DNA of 64,000 nt from Deltaproteobacteria bacterium (GTDB lineage: Bacteria > Myxococcota_A > UBA9160 > UBA4427): positions 9,077-73,076 of the forward strand of contig PAQX01000071.1 in the NCBI GenBank assembly GCA_002709835.1. Direction: 5' to 3'. Each line of letters starts with the position of its first letter. Position 1 is the stretch's first letter. The notes beneath the pieces are model-generated. The model ran no database searches and was not told where the DNA came from. It was given only the letters and a program-made list of their open reading frames with translations. The position numbers and the translations under genes are program-made. Of this stretch, positions 47,690 through 57,351 are shown in pieces.

Positions 47690-49381
47690 ATGTCCGCCCC
47701 CGAATTCGATCTCGTCATCAAAGGGGCCCGCGTCGTCGACGGCACCGGCCTGCCTGCCTACGTCTCGGACGTCGGCGTGAAGGGCGACCGGATCGCGAAG
47801 ATCGGCCGAATCGATTCGGCGGCGATTCGTACGATCGACGGCGACGGTCTGGTCCTGACGCCGGGCTTCATCGACATCCACACCCATTACGACGTCCAGC
47901 TCGACTGGGACCCGATCGTGACCCCCTCCTGCTGGCACGGCATCACGACCGTCCTTGCTGGCAACTGTGGCTTCACCCTCGCTCCCGCGAAGCCCGAGGA
48001 CGTCGACTGGCTGGCGGGCATGCTTTCGCGCGTCGAAGGCATGAGCCGCGCCGCGCTGGCGGAAGGGTTGAAGTTCACTGGCGGCGGTCATGGCGACTAC
48101 TGGGGGCGCTTCGAGGGGAAGGTCGGTGTCAACGTGGCGAGCTACGTCGGGCACTGCGCCGTCCGCCGTTACGTGATGGGCGACGACGCTTCCGAGCGTG
48201 AGGCCACGCCGGAAGAGATCGGGCAGATGAAAGAGCTCGTCCGAGAGGCGATGCGCGAAGGCGCGATCGGCTTCTCGACGTCGCAGCTGGATCTTCACGT
48301 CGGCGAAGATGGCCGCGAGGTGCCGAGCAACCATGCCTCGGCGGACGAGGTCGTGGCGCTTGCAGGCGTGCTCTCCGAGTTCGATCGGGGGGCGGTCGAG
48401 ATCATCCCCCGCAGCTTCGGTCGGGGTTATGACGACGCCGACCGCGAGCTGATGGTCCGCATCCACGAAGCCTCGGGGCGACCCGTGGAGTTGAATCTGC
48501 TCTTCCCGAGCGGGGAGGATCCCGAGAGCTGGTCGAAGTCCCTCGCCTGGTGCAAGGAGCAGAACGAGAAGGGCGGTCGCTTCCACCCGCAATTCGCGAC
48601 GAATCGCGGCGGAATCCACATGAAGCTCTCCGACACGTTCGTGTTCGACGACATGAAGAAGTGGCGGGAGGTGCTCTGTCTCGCTGAGCCGGAGCGAAGC
48701 GAGCGACTTCGCGATCCGGCGGCGCGGGCCGAGCTCGGACAGGAATTCGAAGCCGAAGCGGCGACGACGATCGGCATGAGCTGGGGCAACCTCGCCGTCG
48801 AGCAGGTCGCCGATCCTGCGAATCAGGAGAAGGTTGGCAAGACCATCGCCGAATTGGCCGCAGCGGAGGGCAAGGACGGGGTCGACGTGTTCCTCGACCT
48901 GGCGCTCTCCGAGGGGCTCGAGACCTGGTTCAATATGGTGACGGTCCCGGAAGCCGCAGCCTACATGGACCAGATCTGCGCGCAGGTGATGCGCGAGCCC
49001 TTCGCGATGGCGGGCTCCTCCGATGGCGGCGCGCATCTCGCGTCCTTCGTCGGGGCGGATTATACGACGAATCTGCTGACCGACTTCGTTCCGGACGTGC
49101 TCTCGCTCGAAGAGGCGGTGTTCAAGCTCGCCTACATGCCGGCGGTCGTGCACGGGATCCGGGACCGAGGCGCGATTCGGGAAGGGTACTACGCGGATCT
49201 CGTTCTGATCGACATGGACGCCCTTGCGAAGGGGGAGACCTGGTTGGCGAAGGATTTCCCGGCGGAGAGCGAGCGGTTCGTCGTCGACTCGCGCGGGTAC
49301 GTCGCGACCATCGTGAACGGCGAAGTCGTGCTCGAGCAGAACAAGCACACGGGTGCCCTGCCGGGACACGTGCTGCGCTGA
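47690..49381 (+). CDS. N-acyl-D-amino acid deacylase-family amidohydrolase
   Basis: 'PGFIDIHTHYD', 'GITTV..GNCG', 'SDGGAH', 'RG.I..GY.ADLV'. Confidence 0.92.
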   Translation: MSAPEFDLVIKGARVVDGTGLPAYVSDVGVKGDRIAKIGRIDSAAIRTIDGDGLVLTPGFIDIHTHYDVQLDWDPIVTPSCWHGITTVLAGNCGFTLAPAKPEDVDWLAGMLSRVEGMSRAALAEGLKFTGGGHGDYWGRFEGKVGVNVASYVGHCAVRRYVMGDDASEREATPEEIGQMKELVREAMREGAIGFSTSQLDLHVGEDGREVPSNHASADEVVALAGVLSEFDRGAVEIIPRSFGRGYDDADRELMVRIHEASGRPVELNLLFPSGEDPESWSKSLAWCKEQNEKGGRFHPQFATNRGGIHMKLSDTFVFDDMKKWREVLCLAEPERSERLRDPAARAELGQEFEAEAATTIGMSWGNLAVEQVADPANQEKVGKTIAELAAAEGKDGVDVFLDLALSEGLETWFNMVTVPEAAAYMDQICAQVMREPFAMAGSSDGGAHLASFVGADYTTNLLTDFVPDVLSLEEAVFKLAYMPAVVHGIRDRGAIREGYYADLVLIDMDALAKGETWLAKDFPAESERFVVDSRGYVATIVNGEVVLEQNKHTGALPGHVLR

Positions 49382-49414
49382 ACGCTGTTTCCGCGCGCAG
49401 GATCGGGCTTCGAT

Positions 49415-50650
49415 CTACGGCTTCGCTTCTCCGCGTAGCGCGCGCAGCTTCGCTGCGAGGTTCAGTCGCGCCGCCAGGAAGAGGTGCCGTACGAAACCGA
49501 GCGGGCTCTCCTTGAACTTGCGCTTGAGCAGCCGCTCGAGATGGGGCTGGGCGTCGAAATTTCCCTCGCGCTGACCGTGGCCCAGGTGCATTCCGAGCTT
49601 CGGGATGTCGACGACGTCAAGGGGGACGTCGAAGCGGAACGTCTCCGTCTTCGGGAGGAGGCACGTCTCGTCGTCGCACGCCTGATAGCGGACTGTGACC
49701 TGGATCGGGACTGCGTCCTGGTCGAGCGGTCGGCATTCGCTGGCCAGCTCGCCCACGGCATGGAACGGGATCTCGATGTCGAAGGACCCGCTCCAGACCT
49801 GAAGCTCGACGCCCATCGACCCGATCTGGAGGGTCTCGGTCGGCGGCGCGACCGGATCGTGAACGACGAGGCCGGGCGGGCCGGAGATCTCGACCTGGGT
49901 GGCGATCATGCCCTTTGGAACCGGCTCGCCGTAGAGGTGGAGGCCATCGGCGAGCTCGAAGCGCGCGAACGCATGACGGACGATGCCCTGACGGATCGTG
50001 CCCCTGCCACCGCGAAGGGCGACCTGGACACGGACCTCGTCGTCGCCCTGCGGTGCGGCGATCTCCACGTCGTCGAGATGGGCGCGCCCGAGGGCCGCGT
50101 CGAGGAGCGCTTCGGGGCTGTCGCGGATCTTGTAGGACCCGTGGAACGACTTCGAGACGACGATGCCGTCTCCGTCCGTGATGTACGCGCCGGGGTAGGG
50201 GATCCCGTAGAGGATCAGGTCACCGGGCTTCACCTGCTCATTCAGGATGCCGTATCGGCGGATCACGTCCGAGTCGACGTCGGAGAGCAGCGGGTAAGGA
50301 ATCGACTGCTTCTCGCTGAACTCACGCAGGACGATCGGGTCGTCGTAGGAGAGGGCGTAGAGCGCGACGTCGGCTTCTTCGAACTTGGCGTAAGCGTCTC
50401 GCAGCTCACCGAGCTGCGTCCAGCAGGGCGGTCACCAGACCGCCGAGCGGTAGAACACGACGACGGCGGGGCGGCCGGCCCGGGCTTCGTGGAGCGTCAC
50501 GTTCTTCCCGAAGGCATCCGGGAGGGTGAAGTCCGGAAGTTTTTCACCGACTTCGGGGCCGGTCGGATGTCCCTCCGGTAGCCCCGCCCGTCCTGGGTGT
50601 CCGAGGGGTGCCGGGGCATCGAATCCCAGCTCGTCTCGTTCGATCGTCAT
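49415..50650 (-). CDS. Selenoprotein: AhpC/TSA (peroxiredoxin-like, UPPC) domain fused to a DsbD-N-like domain; Sec73, UGA at 50432-50434
   Basis: ORFs 50432..50650 and 49415..50266 share one frame interrupted by a single TGA: 'LPDFTLPD..G....L.......VVVFYRSAVW-U-PPCWTQLGEL...ALSYD....PLLSD'. C-terminal 'GLHLY' and 'YQACDDETCLLP'. Confidence 0.88.
50400..50418 (-). promoter_or_regulatory. Bacterial SECIS-like stem-loop
   Basis: CGCAGCUC-GGU-GAGCUGCG perfect 8-bp stem, starting 14 nt after the UGA. Confidence 0.7.
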
Positions 50651-50732
50651 GCTCGCTTCCTCGCGTGGGTGCCCGAGCGAGGGTCGCGCAGATCCGCCGG
50701 AAGGGTGGATGAAGAGCCGAACTCGAGGTCCG

Positions 50733-50772
50733 AAAACCGAAACGGCCGCTCCCTCCGAGGAGAGAGCGGCCG
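50733..50772 (-). terminator. Intrinsic terminator of the PEP-CTERM gene
   Basis: CGGCCGCTC...GAGCGGCCG stem followed by TTTCGGTTTT on the minus strand. Confidence 0.7.
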
Positions 50773-50823
50773 CTCAGATCGACGTCGAGAGACGGGCGAA
50801 CCCCGTTCTCGTCGTGGACGAGC

Positions 50824-51537
50824 CTAGCGTCGGCGGATGCCGGCGAGGCCCGCGAGACCGAGACCCATGAGCAGGGCGGTGCCCGGCTCGGGAACGACCG
50901 TCACGGTCTCGACCGCGTTGCTCCACTGACCCGAGAGGGAGCCCGAGGGGCCAACGACGTCGTAACCCTGCTGGCCAATACCGAAGGTCAGGTTGACAAT
51001 ACCCGGGGAGGCCGAGCCGACGCCCGCGTTCGGGACGACTGAGAACGTCACCTGGAGGTGGACGTCGGAGCCGTTGGTCTGGCTGCCATTGATGCCGGAG
51101 TCGTTGGTGCCGTCACCGCTCACCGGACTCGTCGCGATGCCGCCGAAGAGGCGGGCGAAGCGCTCGTTCGACGTGATGGGGTTGCCGAACTCCTGCTGCG
51201 GCGCCGCAGCGGGAAGGCCGCCGAGGTTCAAGCCGCTGGAGAAGGCGGCACCGAAGATACCCGCGCCGGTCTGGGCGCTCTGGAAGCGCAGGTTGTTGTC
51301 CGACTCGAGGCCGATGGCGCCCTCGTCGTAGCCGAAGACACCGACGTCAAGGCCGTTGATGAGTTCGCTGGTGCTGTTCTCGACCAGCAGGTCGAACGTG
51401 ATGATGTCGCCGGTGCCGACGACCAGACTGCCGGAGCTGCTGGCGATGTTGGTCACGGAAATGCCGAGCGCGCTCGCGGAGAGCGGCGCAACGAGCGTGA
51501 GCGCGACCAGACCCAGGCTCCACTTCTTGAAAGTCAT
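50824..51537 (-). CDS. PEP-CTERM sorting-domain surface protein
   Basis: Signal peptide (..ASA), Ser/Gly/Thr/Asn-rich body, C-terminal 'VPEPGTALLMGLGLAGLAGIRRR'. Confidence 0.93.
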   Translation of the reverse strand: MTFKKWSLGLVALTLVAPLSASALGISVTNIASSSGSLVVGTGDIITFDLLVENSTSELINGLDVGVFGYDEGAIGLESDNNLRFQSAQTGAGIFGAAFSSGLNLGGLPAAAPQQEFGNPITSNERFARLFGGIATSPVSGDGTNDSGINGSQTNGSDVHLQVTFSVVPNAGVGSASPGIVNLTFGIGQQGYDVVGPSGSLSGQWSNAVETVTVVPEPGTALLMGLGLAGLAGIRRR

Positions 51538-52101
51538 CTGCTTCTACCTCTACATCAGCAATCGGAGCAGGCGGGGCCACCGCATGGATCGACGCCGATC
51601 TGCACGTCCGTCTAGCGTGCACACAAGAACGGACGGGAGCACTTCCCGCCACGGAGCGCACCGTGCGCCGCGTGAGAGCGTGCTCAAATGAGCAGACCTG
51701 GTAGAGGGAAACGTTGTCCACGAGACGCGAGATGAGAGGCGAGGGCCCTTCTCGAAGAGGACGAACGCTCCGGGCTTCCCAACCCATTGCCGTTCGAGCT
51801 TCCTATCTCTTGTCTAGCGGGTGGCCGCCTTCGCAGGACGCGAAGCCGGGCCGCACGCACCGATATCCTCAAAAGGGAGGGGACTTACCCTCACCCGAAG
51901 CCGATCGAAATCGAGAGACGGATGGAGGTGGGTCTCTCTCCCTACCTTCCCAGGTCCCGGCCATCATATATCCAGGCGTTCAAAAAGTGGGGCGAAATTT
52001 GGCGGACCCAGATTCATTTTGACTGCCCCGAAGGGTAATTATCCCCCGGGGAGTTGAATTCGACCCACTGATTTCGTCGCAACGCCTTAAGATAGGGACG
52101 C

Positions 52102-53796
52102 ATGTCGGGCCCGAACGCAGATCGCCTCGAAGCCGAGATCCTCCGCCACGCCCTTCGGGTCGCCGCCGAAGAAGCCAGCATCGTGGTCGTCCATTCGGCC
52201 CATTCCGCCATGATCGCGGAGGGAGCCGACGCCTGCGCCGGCATTCTCGATCGCGAGGGGCGGCTCGTGACGCTGTCGACGGCGACCAACCTGATGCACG
52301 CGGCCAGCCTGCGCTGCTCGCTGCCCGCGATTCTCGAAGACCATGATCTCGAGGCGATGGCGCCGGGCGACGTGTTCGTGATGAACGACTGCTTCCGGGG
52401 TGGGATCCATGCCAATGACCTGGTCGTGTTCCGACCGGTCTTCCGGGAAGGGCGCGTCGAGTGGTGGACCGGGACCCTCATCCACGTCTCGGATCTCGGC
52501 GGTAGCTCCGCGGGGGGCATCGTTCCGACCGCCACCGACGTCTTCGCCGAAGGTCTCCAGCTTCCGCCGGTCCGGCTCTACGCCGGCGGCGAGCCGGTCG
52601 CGGATCTCCACCAGATCCTCGCGCTCAACAGTCGAACGCCCGACCGGGTGATGGGCGACGTCGGTGCCCTCGTCGCGGGGGTGAACGTGGCCGCTGAGCG
52701 GATGGAAGGCCTCGCCGAGCGCTATGGAACGGCCCGGCTCCGCGCCGGGATCGAGGACTACCTCGCGGGCAGCGAGACCCGGATGCGCGAGGAGCTCGCG
52801 AAGCTCGCGCCCGGGACGTACCGAGGCGAGTACCGGATCGACGGCGACGGCCTCGAGCCGGACCGACAGCCGGTCGTTCGCGTCTGTGCAGAGGTCGGGG
52901 GCGGCCGGGAAGGCATCCGCCTCGATTTTTCCGAGACCGACGACCAGGCCCTCGGCGCGATCAACGCCGGGTTCTCGCAGGCCCTGACCGGCGCGCTCTA
53001 TGCGGTCCGCTGCTTCGTCGATCCCTCGATCCCCATGAACGAAGGGTGCTTTTCGCCGGTCGACGTCGTCTTCCGGAAGGGCTCTCTCCTCGATCCGCAC
53101 CCGCCCGCGGCGTGTGGCGGGCGGGTCGTTTCGGTGACTGCGGTCTGCGAGGCGGTCGTGCACGCCCTCAGCCGCGCGCGCCCCGAGCTGGCGACGGCGG
53201 CGAGCTCGGTCATCCACCCGTTCACGCTGGCGGCGCCAAGTCGACTCGAGCCCTGGCTGCTTCTCTCCTACGAGTACGGCGGTCTTGGGGCACGGCGAGG
53301 CTCCGACGGTCCCGACGCGACGGGGGCCTTCTTTCTCGGGGGCCGCAACGTCGTGCCCCAGATCGAGCCCCTCGAGGCGTCGCTGCCGATCGTCTTCGAG
53401 CGTCAGCGCCTGCTGCCGGATTCCGGAGGGGCGGGGCAGTGGCGTGGCGGCCTCGGGGTCGAGACCCGGATTCGCGTTCTTCAGGAAACCGAGCTCGCAG
53501 TCCGCAGCGAGCGCGTCCTGCTCCCACCGAAGGGCAGGGAGGGGGGTCAGGACGGAACCGCCGGCACGCAATACGTAATCGAAGAGGGGGGAGGTGAGCG
53601 GTCGCTCCCTGCGAAGGGCGCCAACCTGCAGATGGCGGCGAACGAGGTCCTCGTGCTCACGACCTCCGGGGGCGGGGGGCTCGGCGCGCCGGGCGATCGT
53701 GCGGCGGAGGCCGTCGCGCATGACGTGGAGGAAGGGTTCGTGTCCGCCGAAGAGGCCGAGGCGCATTACGGCGTCCGCGGGAGCGGCCCCCGATGA
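52102..53796 (+). CDS. Hydantoinase B / 5-oxoprolinase-family subunit
   Basis: 'PGDVF.MND....G.H.ND', 'H.SD.GG', 'EGL..PP', 'DSGGAG.WRGG.G', 'T.GGGG.G.P'. Confidence 0.92.
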   Translation: MSGPNADRLEAEILRHALRVAAEEASIVVVHSAHSAMIAEGADACAGILDREGRLVTLSTATNLMHAASLRCSLPAILEDHDLEAMAPGDVFVMNDCFRGGIHANDLVVFRPVFREGRVEWWTGTLIHVSDLGGSSAGGIVPTATDVFAEGLQLPPVRLYAGGEPVADLHQILALNSRTPDRVMGDVGALVAGVNVAAERMEGLAERYGTARLRAGIEDYLAGSETRMREELAKLAPGTYRGEYRIDGDGLEPDRQPVVRVCAEVGGGREGIRLDFSETDDQALGAINAGFSQALTGALYAVRCFVDPSIPMNEGCFSPVDVVFRKGSLLDPHPPAACGGRVVSVTAVCEAVVHALSRARPELATAASSVIHPFTLAAPSRLEPWLLLSYEYGGLGARRGSDGPDATGAFFLGGRNVVPQIEPLEASLPIVFERQRLLPDSGGAGQWRGGLGVETRIRVLQETELAVRSERVLLPPKGREGGQDGTAGTQYVIEEGGGERSLPAKGANLQMAANEVLVLTTSGGGGLGAPGDRAAEAVAHDVEEGFVSAEEAEAHYGVRGSGPR

Positions 53797-55868
53797 GCGA
53801 GGCCTGCGTCCTCGGCGCGGACATCGGTGGCACCTTCACCGACGTCGTCCTGACCCGCGGTGACGGTCGTCTCCACGTCGCCAAACAATTGACCTCGCCC
53901 GAGGCTCCCGAGCGCAGCGTGCTCGAGGCGGTCGGGCGTGTGCTCGCCGAAGCGGCGATTGCGCCGGGCGAGATCGAACGCGTCGTCCACGGCACGACCC
54001 TCGCCACGAACGCGGTCATCGAACGCAAGGGCGCCCGCGTCGCCTTCGTCACGACCGAGGGCTTCGGTGACCTGCTGCGCATCGGTCGGGAGGCTCGGGT
54101 CGAAGACGATCGGTACGACCTCCACTTCGCGCCGGCCCCACCTCCCCTGGAGCGCGCCGCGATCTTCGAGTTGCCGGAGCGCGTCTCCGCGCGTGGGGAG
54201 GTGCTCAGGCCCGTCGCCCCGCCCGGTCTCGAAGCCGTCGTCGAGGGGGTCCGCGCCTACGCTCCGGAAGCGGTCGCCATCTGCCTGCTTCACGCCTACG
54301 CACACCCGGGGCACGAGGAAGCCCTCGAAGAGGCGCTTCGCGCGGCGATGCCGGACGTCGTGGTCGTGCGCTCTTCACGGGTGCATCCCGAGATGCGCGA
54401 GTTCGACCGCGCGAGCACTACCCTCTTCACGGCGGAGGTCGCTCCCCTGATGGCCCGCTACCTGGCGCGGCTCGCGTCCGGGCTCGAGTCGCTGGGCATC
54501 CGGGCACCGCTTCAGATCATGGAATCCTCCGGCGGCGTCATGGCCGCGAGTGTGGCGGCCGAGCGGGCGGTCGCGACGCTCGAGTCCGGCGGCGCCGCCG
54601 GGGTCATGGCTGCGGCCCGCTTTGCGGGCTTCTACGAGAAGTCCCGGGTCATCTCCTTCGACATGGGCGGCACCACGGCGAAGGCGGGGGTCGTCGAGAA
54701 GGGACGGCCGGCGGTCGTTCGGGAGCTCCACGTCGGCGGGCGCGGGAGTTTCGGCGGAAGGCGCGCCGGGACCGGCATGCCGATCAAGACGCCGACGATC
54801 GACCTCGCCGAGGTCGGCGCGGGGGGCGGCTCGATCGGCTGGCTCGATCCCGAAGGCGTGCTCCGGGTCGGCCCGCGCTCGGCGGGCGCTTCGCCCGGCC
54901 CAGCGTGTTACGGGCAGGGCGGTCTCGAACCCACGGTGACCGACGCGAACCTCGTTCTCGGCTACCTCTCGCCGGAGAACTTCGCCGACGGGCGGTTCGC
55001 TCTCGACCCCGCGCCCGCGCGGCGCGCGCTCGAAGATCGCATCGCGTCACCGCTCGGGGTCTCGGTCGAACGCGCGGCCTGGGCCATGCACGAAGCGGCG
55101 AGCGCGAGCATGGCGTCCGCGATCCACGTCGTCACCGTGCAGCGCGGGCTCGATCCACGCGACCACACGCTCGTGGCCTTCGGCGGTGCAGGGCCGATGC
55201 ACGTGGTCGGCATCGCCCGCGAGTTCGGGATCGATCAGGTGATCGCGCCGACGCATGCCGGGGTGGCGTCGGCAATCGGGATGCAAGCGACGGACCTGAC
55301 GGCGGAGCACGGATTGACGTACCTCGTGTCGAGCGACGCGCTGTCTCCCGCGGAGGCGCGGGCGCGATTCGCGGAGGTCGAAGTGGCGGCTCGGCGGAAG
55401 ATGGGGGTCGGAGACGACGAAGAGGGGCTCGAGGTCGGGCGCCTCGTCGATGCCCGGTTCGTCGGGCAGGCCCACGAAGTGTCCATTCCGCTCGCGTCCT
55501 TCGACGTGATCGGTGAGATCCCGGCGCGCTTTCGTACGCGATATGCGGAGCTCTACGGGGTGGCGCCCGCGGGCCGGGTCGAGTTCGCGGCGCTGCGGGT
55601 CCGATTGCGTCGCCCGGTCGATCGCCCGCCGCTGGTCGATCAGGTCGCATCGGCGAGCGAAGCGCCACCGATGGAGCAGAGGCTCGCCTGGTTCGGTCCA
55701 GAAGCGCCGGTCGAGACCGGCGTCGTGCGCCGCGCGGACTTCCGCCCGGGGGTCGCGCTCTCCGGTCCGGTGATCATCGAGGGATCGGTCGAGACGACCG
55801 TCGTGCCCCCGGGTTGGAACGTGCGAGTCGATCTTGCGGCCAGCCTCGTGATCGAGCGGGATCGCTAG
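53793..55868 (+). CDS. Hydantoinase A / 5-oxoprolinase-family ATP-binding subunit
   Basis: 'DIGGTFTD', 'HGTT.ATNA', 'DMGGTT', 'GAGGGSI', 'GP.SAGA.PGPACY', 'FGGAGPMH'. Confidence 0.94.
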   Translation: MSEACVLGADIGGTFTDVVLTRGDGRLHVAKQLTSPEAPERSVLEAVGRVLAEAAIAPGEIERVVHGTTLATNAVIERKGARVAFVTTEGFGDLLRIGREARVEDDRYDLHFAPAPPPLERAAIFELPERVSARGEVLRPVAPPGLEAVVEGVRAYAPEAVAICLLHAYAHPGHEEALEEALRAAMPDVVVVRSSRVHPEMREFDRASTTLFTAEVAPLMARYLARLASGLESLGIRAPLQIMESSGGVMAASVAAERAVATLESGGAAGVMAAARFAGFYEKSRVISFDMGGTTAKAGVVEKGRPAVVRELHVGGRGSFGGRRAGTGMPIKTPTIDLAEVGAGGGSIGWLDPEGVLRVGPRSAGASPGPACYGQGGLEPTVTDANLVLGYLSPENFADGRFALDPAPARRALEDRIASPLGVSVERAAWAMHEAASASMASAIHVVTVQRGLDPRDHTLVAFGGAGPMHVVGIAREFGIDQVIAPTHAGVASAIGMQATDLTAEHGLTYLVSSDALSPAEARARFAEVEVAARRKMGVGDDEEGLEVGRLVDARFVGQAHEVSIPLASFDVIGEIPARFRTRYAELYGVAPAGRVEFAALRVRLRRPVDRPPLVDQVASASEAPPMEQRLAWFGPEAPVETGVVRRADFRPGVALSGPVIIEGSVETTVVPPGWNVRVDLAASLVIERDR

Positions 55869-57232
55869 GCTCCGTCGCCCGCTCGTCGCGCATCGAGCTT
55901 CGCGCGAATCTCGGCGTGCTGATCCTCGTCCAGGGTGAAGCGCGTGAGAATCATCGCGCCCAGGAGCATCGTGCCGAAGGGGACGAGGCCGTGGAGCGAT
56001 CGGATCAGGAGCTGGACCGACTCCGGCTGCGCCGCGCCGGGGGCGAAACCGACGTAGCCGAGGGCGAAGCCGGTGATGCCCGCCATGATCCCGCTCGAGG
56101 TCTTGTAGAGGAAGGTATAAGCGGAGTAGTAGGCGCCTTCCTTCCGCTCGCCGGTCTCGAGTTCGTCGGCATCGATCACGTCCGCCAGGATCGAAGAGCC
56201 GAGCACCGTCGCGCACGCGCTACACGAGCCCGTCAGCACGACCGCAGTCTTCATGTACGTGATCGCACCGGCGCTCAGATTGAAGATCATCAGGTACCCG
56301 ACCATGCCCGCGACGAGTCCGATCACCCAGGTGGCCTTCTTGCCGATCCGCTTCGAGAGCGGGACCCACAGGAAGAGCGATACGAGCGAGGAACCCACGT
56401 AGAAGAGAAACACCTCGCTGACCGCGTGGGGGGCCTGGAGCACGTACTCGTACGTGAAGGGCGACAGGACCATCGACGCCCCCGAGCCGGTGTGTTCGAT
56501 GAAGATCATCACGAGGAGGAGGCGGGCATGTCGGTTGCGCCAGACGTCCCGGGCGACGCTCGTGATCGCTTTCGATTCCCTACGGCGATTGCCGCCGGGC
56601 TCGCGAAGGAAGACGGTCGAGACACCGATCAGGACGATCGCGCCGGCGCCGACGGCGATGGCTAGCTCCGACGCATCGGCGCGGGGCGAAGACGAGGTCA
56701 TGAGGTACTGCATCGCGAAGCCCAGGCAGCCGATCATGCCGATGTACCCGGCGGCTTGCCGGAAAGCGAAGATCTTGGACACCTGATGGTGGTCGAGGGT
56801 GAGCTCTGCGCCGAGGGCCTGGTGGGGCGTGAGGAAGAACGTCATCGCCGTGTTGAAGCCGAACACGGCGACGGTCATCCACAGGATCAGCCCAGCCTGC
56901 CCAAGGTCCATCGGGGCGGCCCAACACATCCAGCCGAAACCGGCGATCGGGATCGCGGACGCGAGGATCCAGGGGCGCCGCCGACCGAGGCGGTGTTCCG
57001 TCCTGTCGCTCCAGATCCCGGCGATCGGATCGGTCACTCCGTCCCAGAGCCGGCCTGCCATGAAGATCATGCCCATGGCGGCGGGCGGCACCAGCAGGAC
57101 GTCGATCGCGTACTTGCTGATGTAGGACATGAAGAGCACGAGCGAGAAGTTGATCGGGACCATCGGCGCGGCGTAGGCCAGCAGCAGGGCGATCGGGACG
57201 CGCGCGTGGGTCGTCGGGGCGTGCTCGCTCAT
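55865..57232 (-). CDS. GPH-family (MelB-like) MFS transporter
   Basis: 'RLWDGVTDP..G..SDR....GRRRPW', 'ADVID.DEL.TGER.EG'. Confidence 0.92.
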   Translation of the reverse strand: MSEHAPTTHARVPIALLLAYAAPMVPINFSLVLFMSYISKYAIDVLLVPPAAMGMIFMAGRLWDGVTDPIAGIWSDRTEHRLGRRRPWILASAIPIAGFGWMCWAAPMDLGQAGLILWMTVAVFGFNTAMTFFLTPHQALGAELTLDHHQVSKIFAFRQAAGYIGMIGCLGFAMQYLMTSSSPRADASELAIAVGAGAIVLIGVSTVFLREPGGNRRRESKAITSVARDVWRNRHARLLLVMIFIEHTGSGASMVLSPFTYEYVLQAPHAVSEVFLFYVGSSLVSLFLWVPLSKRIGKKATWVIGLVAGMVGYLMIFNLSAGAITYMKTAVVLTGSCSACATVLGSSILADVIDADELETGERKEGAYYSAYTFLYKTSSGIMAGITGFALGYVGFAPGAAQPESVQLLIRSLHGLVPFGTMLLGAMILTRFTLDEDQHAEIRAKLDARRAGDGA

Positions 57233-57351
57233 GAGCGCCAGCATAGGGGAGTGAGGCCGGGACGGCGCCGTCCGATTTCGGGGGTGGGGCGGTGCCGCTA
57301 TCGTATGCCCGCGCCGCGCAAGCTCGCGACGTCCGCAGTCACGGAGATCCC

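Noticed and set aside
28869-50434. Genome-wide UGA reassignment (to Trp or Gly) as the explanation for the in-frame UGAs
   Set aside because: UGA is the normal stop of many genes here. The two read-through cases sit specifically in UxxC motifs with downstream hairpins.
51655-51672. Possible sigma-54 -24/-12 site upstream of the PEP-CTERM gene
   Set aside because: Only GG-N10-GC spacing is present, with a poor match to TGGCAC...TTGC; likely chance in GC-rich DNA.
51820-51860. 'GGACGCGAAGCC' resembling part of a c-di-GMP-I riboswitch
   Set aside because: The upstream GGCAAA/GAAA elements and P1 pairing were not found.
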